A stretch of DNA of 64,000 nucleotides from positions 322,774 to 386,773 of the forward strand of contig CAZJXP010000001.1 of the NCBI GenBank assembly GCA_964550175.1, written 5' to 3'. Below the pieces are notes generated by a model, which saw only the letters and a list, made by a program, of their open reading frames with translations, had not been told where the DNA came from and did not search any database. The stretch is from an uncultured Methanosarcinales archaeon (GTDB lineage Archaea; Nanobdellota; Nanobdellia; Woesearchaeales; ARS49). The first letter of the stretch is position 1. Each line of letters opens with the position of its first letter. Shown piece by piece: positions 31,912 through 42,529 of this stretch. Both the position numbers and the translations under genes were made by a program.

Positions 31912-32754
31912 CTATCGTCCGCTCTTCCTCGCGCCTAAAGCGGTTACTTTCGCCAATTTCCCGTTCTTATAGCCAAAGCATAATTCGCCGAACTCGCAGT
32001 TCCTGCACCACTTCGTGTCCTTGGTCTTGGGGTAGTCCATGATATCCTCGGACTCAGTGCCCTTGTGGATTAACGCGATTTCTCGTTTCGCCATCTCCAA
32101 AAGGTCGTGGTCGACGTTGATGAACTGCGCGTTGTCCTTCAAAAAGAATATGCCGACCTGCTTCGGCAGCACGCCGTGCGTCTCGTGGTACAAAAGGGAA
32201 TAAATCGCCAACTGCAACCGATACTCAGGCGTGATGATAGCCTCCTTTGAGGTCTTGTAGTCCATGATTCTGACGCCGTCAGCGGCGTGCTCGATCGCGT
32301 CGATGAATCCGCGCACGGAATGGATCTCGGAGCTGTACTGTTTCTCTCGGATGGGCGTCAATTCCTTGAACGCGGTCGCAAAATCATTCGGGTTCTGCTC
32401 AATGCGAACAACAAAGTGGTTCAGCCAGTTGAACAGCATCACTAAGGTTTCTTCGAGATAGAAATTTAATTCTCGCTCGCTCAAGTCAAGCTTGTCCAGC
32501 TCGGGCTTCGCGGCCGTCCAGTACTTGACCAGCAATTGCGGGATGGCTGACTGCAGCTTGTCCTTGCAGTTTTCCTTCGTTATTCCTGTGATGTCCTGAT
32601 TGTAGAAGTGCTCCAAGACCGAGTGCGCGATGTTGCCCCGCACCATGTGAATCGAGGGCAATAACTGAAATCCCTTGTTGTAGATGTAGAAATACTTCCG
32701 ATTGCACTGCCGGAACATATTGATGCTGGATGGACTCTGCACCCTTTTTGCCAT
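31912..32754 (-). CDS. Cas4-like / RecB-family PD-(D/E)XK exonuclease (DUF83) with C-terminal Cys cluster
   Basis: N-terminal Cys (FRQCNRKYFY), central nuclease core, C-terminal CRNCEFGELC. Confidence 0.6.
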   Translation of the reverse strand: MAKRVQSPSSINMFRQCNRKYFYIYNKGFQLLPSIHMVRGNIAHSVLEHFYNQDITGITKENCKDKLQSAIPQLLVKYWTAAKPELDKLDLSERELNFYLEETLVMLFNWLNHFVVRIEQNPNDFATAFKELTPIREKQYSSEIHSVRGFIDAIEHAADGVRIMDYKTSKEAIITPEYRLQLAIYSLLYHETHGVLPKQVGIFFLKDNAQFINVDHDLLEMAKREIALIHKGTESEDIMDYPKTKDTKWCRNCEFGELCFGYKNGKLAKVTALGARKSGR

Positions 32755-32806
32755 AAACGGAAGACTTCGCGTGGCCTTTATATGGATTTAGGTTGCAAAT
32801 GTCCAG

Positions 32807-33135
32807 TCAAGAATGCTCATTTTCAACGAATGGCTCGAGTAGCTCGTGCGCGTTGCGCTCCAGATGCGCCTTCAATTCAGGCTGGTTATACGCATACGAA
32901 TCCGGAATGTTGAGCGTCACGATGCGCTTCTGCAAATACTGCTTCGGAAACCGTCTCGAAAGCTCAATGCGTTGCTCGTCGTCCATCACGACAACAATAT
33001 CTGCCCACTGCAGCTGCTCAAGATGCACCTGGTTGTTGTACAGCCCGGCTGACTTCGTCTCAAACCTATCTTTGAATAATTCTTCCGCCGTCTTGCTTCT
33101 GTGCTTGTTTTGGTTGCAGATGAAGAGGACGCGCA
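32807..33135 (-). CDS. Low-molecular-weight phosphatase / ArsC-like protein
   Basis: MRVLFICNQNKHRS P-loop (C-x5-R-S); start taken at this Met rather than the upstream ORF start. Confidence 0.6.
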
Positions 33136-33253
33136 TACCTGATAGATTGCTTTTCAATATAAATGGGTTCCGAAAAAATCCGGAAATCTTCCGGAATTTC
33201 CGTGGTTTTTCCGGTTTTTCTTGAGAAACACATTTTAAACGAAAAATGCTGTT

Positions 33254-33541
33254 TTGCGTATGCACGAAACCACCCTCCTCAAGCTCGCATTGACCTGCAC
33301 GCTCCTAGGATTGCCGCTGATATTCATCACGTCAAGCTTCGTGCACGTGAAAGAAACCGTTGAGTATGAAACGATTGAGGGAACGATAGCCGAGGTTAAC
33401 GTCACGAATGAGACGACACTTGTTTTGACGAATACTCTGACTATTCCCGACGCTCTTGATGTAACAATCGGAGGACACGCGACCGCGAAAGGTAACTGGC
33501 AGAACAACACGTTCGTCGTGAAATCGTTGAAGGTCGACTGA
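33254..33541 (+). CDS. Small secreted/membrane protein (95 aa)
   Basis: N-terminal hydrophobic helix; stop abuts the start of the downstream transporter-like gene. Confidence 0.4.
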   Translation: MRMHETTLLKLALTCTLLGLPLIFITSSFVHVKETVEYETIEGTIAEVNVTNETTLVLTNTLTIPDALDVTIGGHATAKGNWQNNTFVVKSLKVD

Positions 33542-34707
33542 TGCTCGCAATCATCCTCGGAACGCTCGCGGGCGTTGTCACCGGACTTACTCCCGGGCTG
33601 CACATCAACCTCGCGACCGTCATCCTCCTGTCGTTACCGTTGCCGTACTCGCCGTTGACGTTAGCCACCTTTATTCTTTCTATGGCAATCACGCATACGT
33701 TCCTCGACGCGCTGCCAAGCATCTATTTGAGCGCGCCGAACGCCGACACGGCGCTGCTGCCGACAAAACTATTACTGGACGGTAAAGGGCACGAGGCCGT
33801 GCGATTAACGACGCAAGGGAGTTTGCTTTGCTTGATTCTTGGCATCGCGTTAACCCCTGTGTTGATCGTCGTGTTTCCAAAAGTCAACTTCGCGCTGCAC
33901 GGAATATTAGGGTGGATACTCTTGGGAATTGTGCTGTACTTGCTTCTGCGCGAACGCGATTTGAACAAACTTTTCTGGGGCATTGTGACGTTTGTTTTTG
34001 CAGGCATTCTCGGACTCATCGTGCTGAACACCAAGATGAATGAACCATTACTGCCGTTGTTGTCCGGCCTGTTCGGCGCGAGCGGGATGCTGATGAATCT
34101 ATTTTCAATAACTGAGGTGCCGAAGCAAGAAGTCACGGACCAACTGCATCCGAACGCGCAAGAAACTGTCGAAGCAACTGCCTTGGGCACGTTCGCGGGC
34201 GTCTTCATCGCGCTGTTTCCCGGATTAGGGCCGTCTCAAGCCGCGAGCTTGACCGGATTCAGAAGCCCGTTGGGAAGCTTAGTGCAGATGGGCGGCATCA
34301 ACACGGTGAACATGCTGACCAGCCTAGTCACAATGATGACCCTACATACTGCAAGAAACGGCGCGATGGTCGGGATGCTGTCGGTGCTAGGAATGCTCGA
34401 CGGGAAAACTCTCGCGTTCTTTCTTTCTGTTTCTTTAACGGTGGCCGGAATCGCGACTTTGCTGACCTTGTTCTTATCCCGATTCTTTGCGCAACTGGTC
34501 TCTTGCGTCAACGAGAAGGCTTTAACGCTGTTCGTGCTCGGGGTTATCGTTACGCTCGTGTCTCTTTTCTCCGGCTGGTTCGGACTGTTGATTTTGTTTG
34601 TCGCGGCTTCAATCGGGCTGATTCCGCAACTCACGAACACGGCGAAAAGCAACTCGATGGCGTGCATTTTGGTGCCGGTGATATTGTTTTTACTTGGCTG
34701 GCGCTGA
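33541..34707 (+). CDS. Polytopic membrane protein, TctA/DUF112-like
   Basis: About 10 TM helices with the G..TG.TPGLH signature near the N-terminus. Confidence 0.5.
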   Translation: MLAIILGTLAGVVTGLTPGLHINLATVILLSLPLPYSPLTLATFILSMAITHTFLDALPSIYLSAPNADTALLPTKLLLDGKGHEAVRLTTQGSLLCLILGIALTPVLIVVFPKVNFALHGILGWILLGIVLYLLLRERDLNKLFWGIVTFVFAGILGLIVLNTKMNEPLLPLLSGLFGASGMLMNLFSITEVPKQEVTDQLHPNAQETVEATALGTFAGVFIALFPGLGPSQAASLTGFRSPLGSLVQMGGINTVNMLTSLVTMMTLHTARNGAMVGMLSVLGMLDGKTLAFFLSVSLTVAGIATLLTLFLSRFFAQLVSCVNEKALTLFVLGVIVTLVSLFSGWFGLLILFVAASIGLIPQLTNTAKSNSMACILVPVILFLLGWR

Positions 34708-34717
34708 GTCTCGTGGC

Positions 34718-34800
34718 CTTTTTACCGCCCCGATTGGTTGAGTGTCGGCATTAATTATCAACGACCTCACGCAAACTCAAAATCTACGCAGAAAAGCAAC
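34718..34800. repeat. Intergenic palindromic element copy (right end degenerate)
   Basis: CTTTTTACCGCCCCGATTGG ... CTCAAAATCTACGCAGAAAAGCAACG. Confidence 0.6.
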
Positions 34801-34831
34801 GTGAAGGAAAAAGGCAACTAAAGAAAACTAT

Positions 34832-35257
34832 CTACTTCAACCAAGCCGGAAGGATCGGGGCGATGAACGGGTACAGGTACGGCGAGAAGCCGGACAATAC
34901 GCCAATCACGATGCTGTGCGTCCAAGTTTCACCCAGACCAGCCGAGGACATGGATGAGCTCTTCAAGGCAGCAGAAACGCCGTGCACCTTGATGGCCATG
35001 ATGATAGACACCGCGATTCGGATGCCCAACACACTCCCTAAAACAGGAACGTTCGCCAACGCGGGAAACAACCCCAGAACGAACGGAACATTGAACGAGA
35101 TGAACGTGCCAGCGATGGCAAAAATCAAGGCGTGAACGCCATGCCCCAAACGGTGCTGCGGAACGGCCACATCGCGGTGGACGAGAATCATTTCATAGAT
35201 GCCGATGATAGCTCCGAAAAGAATAGACGGAATGACGATAAGCGCGGTTGTTGCCAT
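34832..35257 (-). CDS. Membrane protein (141 aa, 4 TM)
   Basis: Hydrophobic ORF. Confidence 0.45.
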   Translation of the reverse strand: MATTALIVIPSILFGAIIGIYEMILVHRDVAVPQHRLGHGVHALIFAIAGTFISFNVPFVLGLFPALANVPVLGSVLGIRIAVSIIMAIKVHGVSAALKSSSMSSAGLGETWTHSIVIGVLSGFSPYLYPFIAPILPAWLK

Positions 35258-35368
35258 GTGACCTCTTTGCTGAAATAGATTAGCTCATCGGTGTATTTAA
35301 AGGTTACGGGGGCAAGAAAGCTTTATATATTGTCAGATGCGTAAGACTGTAGAAAAATAGGTGAATAC

Positions 35369-36544
35369 GTGAATATCAAAAAGATTCTCCCCTTGCTCGT
35401 TTTGTTCTCCTTATTCGCGTTGCCCGCGGCGGCGCAGACCTTCGGTCCGGTCGCAGACCTGTTTGGCAACATACAGGAGCTTATCGGTTCGGGCCTTGAC
35501 GGCATCTCCGCGAATCCAGCCATCTGGATGAAGATTATCTTTATCCTCTTGTTGTTCATTGTACTATACAATCTTGCGTTCAAGGCGTTCATGAAGGACG
35601 CGAACAAAGGAAGCAAAATATTCTTCTCAATGATTGTCGCTGTCGCGATGGTCGCCCCCATCCCGAACGCGCTCGCTGAAGGCATCTTCAATAGCTTGGG
35701 GCTCGTCGGCGGCGTAATCGTGCTTCTGCCTGTTCTGGGAATCATGATCATGACTCACAAGATGACCTCAGGAATATCACTTGGCAATAAATGGGGAAAT
35801 AGTAATGACCATCTCCCCGGACGAGGCATGTACTTCCTTGCATTCGGCATCTGGATGCTCACGCTCACGTTCTACATCAACGGCATCGCGCTTCAAGTCG
35901 ACAGTCCGCTCGTAAAATCGGTTTCAGCGTATCTCAGCTTGCTTGCCCTCGGCTACTTGTGCTATTACGGCTACAAGATGATTCTTCCGACATCTACAAG
36001 CGGAGACGAACTGCAAAAGACGCTTACGCCGGATGACTCGGTTAACAAGTTCATTCCGGGCACACAAGCGCACAAAAACGCTTCGAATGAGCGTCAAAAC
36101 GCAGAAATAATCGCGCTAAAAAAAGTCATTCCTACTGCAATAGCCCGATTGCCTCATATCCAACACGCAATACTTGAACTCACCGCGCAAGCCTACAACC
36201 GAACAAAGAAAGATAAGAAAGCAAACCTGCACAATGACGCAGTCATCCAAGAACGCAATTTTGTCGGAGTCCAAGCGACGGTAAAAGACTTCATCAAGTA
36301 CCTTGTCGAAATCAGGCAATTCCAGACGGGATTGAACTATCTTGACCCGCGCGCACTTGCGGGATTCAACAAAGATATTACTTTGGCGCAAAACATTCTG
36401 AAGGTAGAGTACAAAGCACTGATTGACCCTCAAGATGAGGCAAACTGGGCAAACATGTTGCATTTGCTTTTTGCCGAGAGAAACGGTCGAATCACGGTTG
36501 CACTTACTCTCTTCCAGGCAGCACTTGCAAAGATTACCCCTTAA
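35369..36544 (+). CDS. Signal-peptide-bearing polytopic membrane protein with ~190-aa C-terminal soluble domain
   Basis: Signal sequence LLVLFSLFALPAAAQ, 5-6 TM helices, helical C-terminal region. Confidence 0.55.
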   Translation: MNIKKILPLLVLFSLFALPAAAQTFGPVADLFGNIQELIGSGLDGISANPAIWMKIIFILLLFIVLYNLAFKAFMKDANKGSKIFFSMIVAVAMVAPIPNALAEGIFNSLGLVGGVIVLLPVLGIMIMTHKMTSGISLGNKWGNSNDHLPGRGMYFLAFGIWMLTLTFYINGIALQVDSPLVKSVSAYLSLLALGYLCYYGYKMILPTSTSGDELQKTLTPDDSVNKFIPGTQAHKNASNERQNAEIIALKKVIPTAIARLPHIQHAILELTAQAYNRTKKDKKANLHNDAVIQERNFVGVQATVKDFIKYLVEIRQFQTGLNYLDPRALAGFNKDITLAQNILKVEYKALIDPQDEANWANMLHLLFAERNGRITVALTLFQAALAKITP

Positions 36545-38257
36545 TTAAGAACAGTTATCGAATATCTTCTGGTTTCGGGCAATGGCTCGCTTTTTAGCCG
36601 ATTCAGCCGAGAAATAGCTGAAGAACCCATTTCCGTTATTAGACACAGTAGCTTGTGCAACTGGAGCAACCGTCGCATTCCGCTTCTGGAACTCGACTTC
36701 GTTTCGCGCGTGGTCGTTCAAGACGGCTTCAAGTCCCTTGACTTTGGCTTCGAGCGACTTGACTTCCTTGGACTTGCCGATGCCAAAGAGGCTCTTGATG
36801 CCTGAGACTGCCTTCGAAATGTAGCTTGAGTTGATTTCAGCGTCCTTGGACTTGAGTTCAGCATTCATATTTTCGATGATGGCTGCCTGTTCGCCCGCCT
36901 TTGCGGCGCGTTCCATCCATTGCGCCTTCGCGAACTGGTAGTTGGATTCCTGAGACTTGCTGTGCGCGAATTCCATTTCGTGCGCCAAGCCAGAGGCATC
37001 AATCAAGTGTCGCAACACAATCGCCTGCTCGGCGAACGGCTTTGAATGGTCATACACAAACCCATAATCCTTGCCCATGACCGTCAAGCAATCAATGAAG
37101 TTCTGTCGCTCAGCATGTCGTCCGCGGATGAGGTTCTTCATGCGCTGATTCGTGTCAAGCATACGGAGGTTGCCGTTAAGCAAGTTGTCGCGCTGCTCTT
37201 TCAAATCGGCATTCGTGCCCTTGAGCTGCGCGTTGGCGTTCAACGATGAGTCAAACGCTGAGATGAGGAGTTGGATTGCGTCTTCAGGCGAGTGGACTAT
37301 GCTTTCCGCGCTTTGCGAGGCGCGAGGAAGACCCTGGTCGTAACGCGTGCCTTTGTCGTCCTTCCATAACAGACCTGAGCGGTCAAGCGCCGCGCGGGCG
37401 TCAGTAACCAATGCTTGAGCCTGGGCGTCATACTGCTGGAGCTTGCCTGTCGCAGCAGTTAATTCGGCCGTCTTCTGGCTGAGGTCGTCTTCTGCTTTGG
37501 CCTTGCCCATCGCAATTTCCATCGCCTTCGCTTCCTGGTCCGAGCTGTCCTTGAGCAAGTCCTGGCGATTGAACGCCAATCGGCTGAGCATCTTATCATA
37601 AGTGATGACTTCATCCTTATTGATGAGTCGCTGCTCTTCCATGTACTTGCGCAGCTTGTTGTAGCGTGCAGTGCCGTTGGTTTCAACCGTCTTAGGTTCA
37701 GCTTGATCGATTGCGGCGTAGCTTCGGAGCGCTTCAATCTTGTCCATAAGATTGTCGGATTCGCCTTGGAGGACGTCGACAGAATCACTCCATTTCTGGA
37801 GCGCGTTAATATGAGAACGGGTGACTTTCTTGTTTTCCTTGGTCAATTCGTCGATGGTGGATTTCGCTTCAATCTCATTGTCCACTATTTCACCCATCAA
37901 TTGGTGGCTGTAAGTAATGAGATTGCTGCAAGCGTCGTCAAGCTCAAGCAATTGGCCAGTCATCTCGAGACCAGTAACAACCGCAATATCATAATCTATG
38001 ATAGGAACATACGCCTTCTTTGATTGAGAACGAACATACTTTCCGGAAAGAGAAATGCCGGCGTCGTACGCGACGTTGAGATCTTCACCCGCAACTTCAA
38101 GTTCAGCTCGAACGCCACGGAGTTCTTTTCGAACGACTTTGAGCGTTTCCCGAGTGCCGTCGTACTTCTTCTCGACGTTGTCCAAGGCGCCCTTCAAGAG
38201 CTCATGCGCGGCGACAATCTTGTGGTCCGCCTTTCGAATGTAATCATTCTTTTTCAT
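36545..38257 (-). CDS. Large alpha-helical coiled-coil protein (570 aa)
   Basis: Heptad-rich, charged, no enzymatic motifs; stop codon directly abuts the stop of 35369..36544 (TTAATTAA). Confidence 0.55.
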   Translation of the reverse strand: MKKNDYIRKADHKIVAAHELLKGALDNVEKKYDGTRETLKVVRKELRGVRAELEVAGEDLNVAYDAGISLSGKYVRSQSKKAYVPIIDYDIAVVTGLEMTGQLLELDDACSNLITYSHQLMGEIVDNEIEAKSTIDELTKENKKVTRSHINALQKWSDSVDVLQGESDNLMDKIEALRSYAAIDQAEPKTVETNGTARYNKLRKYMEEQRLINKDEVITYDKMLSRLAFNRQDLLKDSSDQEAKAMEIAMGKAKAEDDLSQKTAELTAATGKLQQYDAQAQALVTDARAALDRSGLLWKDDKGTRYDQGLPRASQSAESIVHSPEDAIQLLISAFDSSLNANAQLKGTNADLKEQRDNLLNGNLRMLDTNQRMKNLIRGRHAERQNFIDCLTVMGKDYGFVYDHSKPFAEQAIVLRHLIDASGLAHEMEFAHSKSQESNYQFAKAQWMERAAKAGEQAAIIENMNAELKSKDAEINSSYISKAVSGIKSLFGIGKSKEVKSLEAKVKGLEAVLNDHARNEVEFQKRNATVAPVAQATVSNNGNGFFSYFSAESAKKRAIARNQKIFDNCS

Positions 38258-38388
38258 CTTAGGTTTAGTTTGTTCAGGGTCCTATATAAGCCTTTCTGTT
38301 ATGATGTTACTTCGTAGTGACTACAATACAACCAAATCGCAAGGTATATAAGCAAAGGGGCGTATGCAAAGTAAGCAAAAAAGAGACC

Positions 38389-39090
38389 ATGGAACTATCC
38401 CAGAAGCCCAAGAATGTAACAGTCATAGCAGGTTTTCCCGGCTTCGGACTTGTCGGCACTGTGGCAACTGGTTTTCTCGTCGACCATCTGGACGCCGAAC
38501 GCATCGGAAACCACTGGTTCGAGGAGCTGCCCGCGACTATCGCGCTGCACGACGGCAAAATCGTCGATCCCGTCGGCATCTACTACTCCAAGAAATACAA
38601 TCTCGTCATCGTCCACAGCATCGCGAATGCTACTGGCGTCGAATGGCTAGCTTCTGATTTAGTATTGCAAGTGTGCAAGGAACTTAGCGCGAAGGAACTG
38701 ATAGCGATCGAAGGCGTCGGCAGCCAACGCATGGAGCTGCAGCGCGCGTTTTACTTCTCTACCGACGGTAAAAATGAGAAAGCGTTAGCGAAAATCGGCG
38801 TCGAGCCCTTGAAGGAAGGCATCATCGTCGGCGTCACGAGCTCACTTTTGCTCAAAGCGAAACTACCAATCACTTGTTTGTTCTCTGAAACTCATACGAA
38901 TCTGCCGGACTCCAAGTCAGCCGCGAAAGTGGTTGAAGTCTTGGACAAGTATCTTGGCTTAAACGTTGACTATCTGCCACTCCTGCAGCAGGCAGCCGAG
39001 TTCGAAGCAAAGGTCAAGACCATCCTTCAAAGCCAGGCCAAGACCCAAACGGACTCCGAAACCAAGAAGAATTTGAACTACATCACGTAA
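38389..39090 (+). CDS. Proteasome assembly chaperone family protein (PAC2/PbaA-like)
   Basis: VIAGFPGFGLVGTVATGFLV N-terminal signature of the archaeal PAC2 family. Confidence 0.7.
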   Translation: MELSQKPKNVTVIAGFPGFGLVGTVATGFLVDHLDAERIGNHWFEELPATIALHDGKIVDPVGIYYSKKYNLVIVHSIANATGVEWLASDLVLQVCKELSAKELIAIEGVGSQRMELQRAFYFSTDGKNEKALAKIGVEPLKEGIIVGVTSSLLLKAKLPITCLFSETHTNLPDSKSAAKVVEVLDKYLGLNVDYLPLLQQAAEFEAKVKTILQSQAKTQTDSETKKNLNYIT

Positions 39091-39270
39091 TTCTGGCATT
39101 ATGCTCACTTTTAGCCTTGTTTGATACTTGATGATGGTTTGTTCTGAGGGTTAATTCTCCCTTTTTTCGACCTTTGAGCTAGTGCCTAATGGGAATAGTT
39201 GAGTTTGAGACTGGTTGGCTACCTGATAGCTCACAATTCTAGCTCACCCAAGCAAGTCTGCCCAAGCCAA

Positions 39271-39365
39271 CTCTTTACCGCCACGATTGGACGCGTTCGG
39301 GCATCGACCGTTTTTGTGATCCAGCCAACTGCTCAAAATCTGCCGGGGACGACGGCAAAAATGAC
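39271..39365. repeat. Intergenic palindromic element copy (right end degenerate)
   Basis: CTCTTTACCGCCACGATTGG ... CTCAAAATCTGCCGGGGACGACGGCAAAAATG. Confidence 0.6.
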
Positions 39366-40510
39366 GAACAGGCGACTGCGACCTCCCCAAACTGCCCTTC
39401 GGCACCCAAAAACTCACTCACAAACTCCCCCTCGAATGCGCCGTTACCTTGCAAAATCAAACGAACTCTCACTTTTTGCCTTCAAATGATTTATTTTAAA
39501 TATGCAAGGTAATTACTCGAGCATGCCTTGAATAACTAGAATATCGAGGTTCAACAAGATAAATAACAATAGTTATTTTCTGTCCATTAGTTTAGACTTA
39601 CTCATTATCAGATAGTTATTTTAAAAACTATTTCTTATGCAACAATAATTCTTTTAAATGAATTTGTCACTAAAAATTAGGTAGCAAAGTCAATCAATTT
39701 TGTTCTTCAATTGCGAATTTTGAAATGCAATTGAGTGAATTGTCGATTTTCTCGCCTGATTGAGCGCGGATCAAAAATGACCTCAATTGCACCAAAACAA
39801 GGGTTCAATTAATGACTTTTTTCCTGACGCTAGCGCGCGAAAACAGTCCAAAAATAGACCGCACAACGCGCCTAAAACCTCTTGCGCGCGAGTTTTCAAC
39901 CGGCCGCGATAAACCCTCAAACAAACAAAAATCTCGCGTGAAATCGCCCCTGTTTTCGCCATAAAAACCGCAAAACTATCGTCGTAACCATTGAAACCAA
40001 CCCCATTTTCAAACCTGTCAGCGATAATCCCGAATTTTCTTCATTTGTGCGAATAAATGGATCTTTTCGTGTGGCAGCAGGCTTCGGCGCGACGACCCCC
40101 GTGACCTCGTCTGCAGGGATTAAGGAGGAAAGTCCGGCAGAATGGCGACTGGGACGGGATTTGGCACGACCGGACGGGTTTCGCGCGAACACGACAGTTT
40201 AGGGGTTTGTCAAAAGTGTCGGCAAAATCCCGACGACACGAATTGAGCCCCTCAATGCCACCAAAACCAATCATCCAGCCTAGTGTGGCCCTGGTGTTTG
40301 TACCTTTTACGCAAAAAAGTGGCTAGAATCGGCTGTAAACGCGTCGCGTGAAGGACTTGGATTGATGGTTACCCCCCATTTGCGCACCTGCGCAATAACT
40401 TCTGCATTTTGATTAAAACTTTTAATTCGGATGTAACCCCCGAAACCTGTCAGGGATTGTTCCGAAAGGTTTAAATCACACCGCATGCATCCAAAATCAG
40501 CAAAAAACAG

Positions 40511-41023
40511 GTGACCATCGTGAAAATCCAGCTTGAACACGCCGAATCTCTCCCTGACGCAAGTGTCGAAGAGCTCGCAAAAACGCTTCTTGCTCGATTC
40601 GGACTGCTGCCACGCAAGAAAGACGGCTCGGCCGCAATGCACAAACTGCTACTCGAACTCTACGAACGCAAGAAGGTCGCGAACCGGGACCGGAAACCCG
40701 AATCTGCCGTGATTCCCGTCGAGCTCATGGGACACCTGGCCGGCATCAAGCGCCAAACGATGTACGAGTATCTGCACCGCTGGCTTGACCTTTCCATTCT
40801 CAAAAAGACTTCCTTCGTCGCGGACGGCAAAGTCGTGATTGGGTATGAGCTGAACGGCGCGAATCTTGAAGGAGCTTTTAGGAAAGCAGAAACCTCAATC
40901 CGCAACCACCTCGAAACGAGCCTAAAACTCGTCGACACGCTGCAGAACGAAGTCAAGAAGGACAAGCTCAGGCAAGGGTTCAAGGAAACTGCTGAGACGC
41001 CCGCAATCCCCCCATCTCCGTAA
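40511..41023 (+). CDS. Winged-helix DNA-binding protein with C-terminal helix (170 aa)
   Basis: wHTH segment LAGIKRQTMYEYLHRWLDLSILKK...VIGYELN. Confidence 0.5.
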   Translation: MTIVKIQLEHAESLPDASVEELAKTLLARFGLLPRKKDGSAAMHKLLLELYERKKVANRDRKPESAVIPVELMGHLAGIKRQTMYEYLHRWLDLSILKKTSFVADGKVVIGYELNGANLEGAFRKAETSIRNHLETSLKLVDTLQNEVKKDKLRQGFKETAETPAIPPSP

Positions 41024-41138
41024 ACCTTTTTACCGGCACGTTTGGTTCCGTTTCGGCCTCAATTCTAATGACGATAAAGCCAACGCGACAAAATCTGCCG
41101 GGGAACGGAGAAACCAGGGAAGAAATGGCGGTAAAAAG
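41015..41138. repeat. Intergenic palindromic element copy
   Basis: CTTTTTACCGGCACGTTTGG ... CAAAATCTGCCGGGGAACGG ... GGCGGTAAAAAG. Confidence 0.7.
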
Positions 41139-41153
41139 CCAACGAAAATTCAG

Positions 41154-41705
41154 TTAAGCACTATGCTGATCCCAGTAGGTAAGCTTGGTGTCCAGTTTGA
41201 CGATATTTTGCTTCGCCTGAGCTTGGCGGAACTGCTTGTCCAGGCCCAAAAACGCGTTGCCGCTGGAGTACTTTTTCTCGACCGGAACTCCCTTCGAAAT
41301 CAATGCCGTGATGGAGCGTGAAACGATCTCAACGGACGTCGTCAATTTGCGCGCCAATTGGTGGTACGTGACGAACGGCGTCGTCTCGGTGAGCGTGTAG
41401 AGCGCGAAGAAGGCTTCTTTTTCCGGGCCGGTCAGCGGCTGGACCTTGAATTCCGGCATCACTTCCGCAGGCTTTCCGTGGCGGACGAGCATCGTCAGCT
41501 CATCCAGCCGTTCCTGCAGCTTGTCGAGCCGCGAATTCAGCTGGTTCAGGAGCTCGAAATTCGACTCGATTTCGCTCGTGTTTTCATTCAGCGCGGAACG
41601 GTGGTCGTCAAGCTGGTCCTGGATGCTCAAAAACGTCTTGTCAAGATCTTGTCGAAGGTCATCGTGCTCGCGACGGAACAATGTTTGCTGTCCCTCATTT
41701 TCCAC
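41154..41705 (-). CDS. Coiled-coil plus C-terminal wHTH regulator (paralog A)
   Basis: N-terminal coiled coil, C-terminal TTPFVTYHQLARKL...SRSITALISKGV HTH. Confidence 0.5.
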   Translation of the reverse strand: MENEGQQTLFRREHDDLRQDLDKTFLSIQDQLDDHRSALNENTSEIESNFELLNQLNSRLDKLQERLDELTMLVRHGKPAEVMPEFKVQPLTGPEKEAFFALYTLTETTPFVTYHQLARKLTTSVEIVSRSITALISKGVPVEKKYSSGNAFLGLDKQFRQAQAKQNIVKLDTKLTYWDQHSA

Positions 41706-41776
41706 TGATTACCACCCAACGATTTTGTGATTTTGAGTCGCTCTTAAGCTGATTTCGATACTGCAACAGCGAGGTT

Positions 41777-42529
41777 TCAGCGCTCATGTCGCACCTTTTT
41801 CGCACGGGCGCCGCCCCACAAATACCGCTTTTCCTTGCCCTCATCAACGACCGTGATGTCCTGGGTTCCTTCGATTTCCTCAAGCAACCGGTAGAAGCTG
41901 CTCTTCGAGCACAGGCCCTGCTCGTGCACGATGCTTTCGCGCAACGCGACGCCGGAAACCTGACCATGCATTCGAATGAGATTGAAGATGCTTTCCTTGA
42001 TCAAATCTTTGCTATTTCTGACTGCCATTTTGATGACTTTTTCTTGCAGCGCGGAGCCCATTTCCGGCGGCGTCCTGAGACTGCTGGGAATGACAGTTTG
42101 TCGACGGACATTCCCAAGTTCTGAGACCTGGGAATGAAGCTGTTTGAGCTGCGCGAACACGTCAATTTGCTGCGTTTCGATCGCGGACATTTGCGGCGCG
42201 ATCCTGCCGAGCGCATCAATGCGATGCTCGATCTCGCGCACGCGCTCAAGCACCGGTTCGACCGAATAATGCGCATCAACCAAGGCCTTCACGTCCTCTT
42301 TCGTGAGCCGCGGAAGCGAAGAAATCACGTGCGATTGGTCGTCCAACTCGCGCTGCAGGCGCTGGTTCTCCGCCGCAAGGTAATTCACCCATTGCGACAG
42401 CAGGCCCATGTCCTCTTTTGCCGACGAGAAGGACGTCCTTACGTTCTCCTCGACCTGGCGGATCTCCTCTTTTGTGGCCAAGCCAAACATGCGGTTGGCA
42501 ATCGCCAACCCATTTAAAAACCTTTTCAT
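41777..42529 (-). CDS. Coiled-coil plus C-terminal wHTH regulator (paralog B), preceded by an operator-like repeat array
   Basis: Same architecture as 41154..41705; start codon sits directly downstream of the TCCCAGGAC repeat cluster. Confidence 0.5.
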   Translation of the reverse strand: MKRFLNGLAIANRMFGLATKEEIRQVEENVRTSFSSAKEDMGLLSQWVNYLAAENQRLQRELDDQSHVISSLPRLTKEDVKALVDAHYSVEPVLERVREIEHRIDALGRIAPQMSAIETQQIDVFAQLKQLHSQVSELGNVRRQTVIPSSLRTPPEMGSALQEKVIKMAVRNSKDLIKESIFNLIRMHGQVSGVALRESIVHEQGLCSKSSFYRLLEEIEGTQDITVVDEGKEKRYLWGGARAKKVRHER

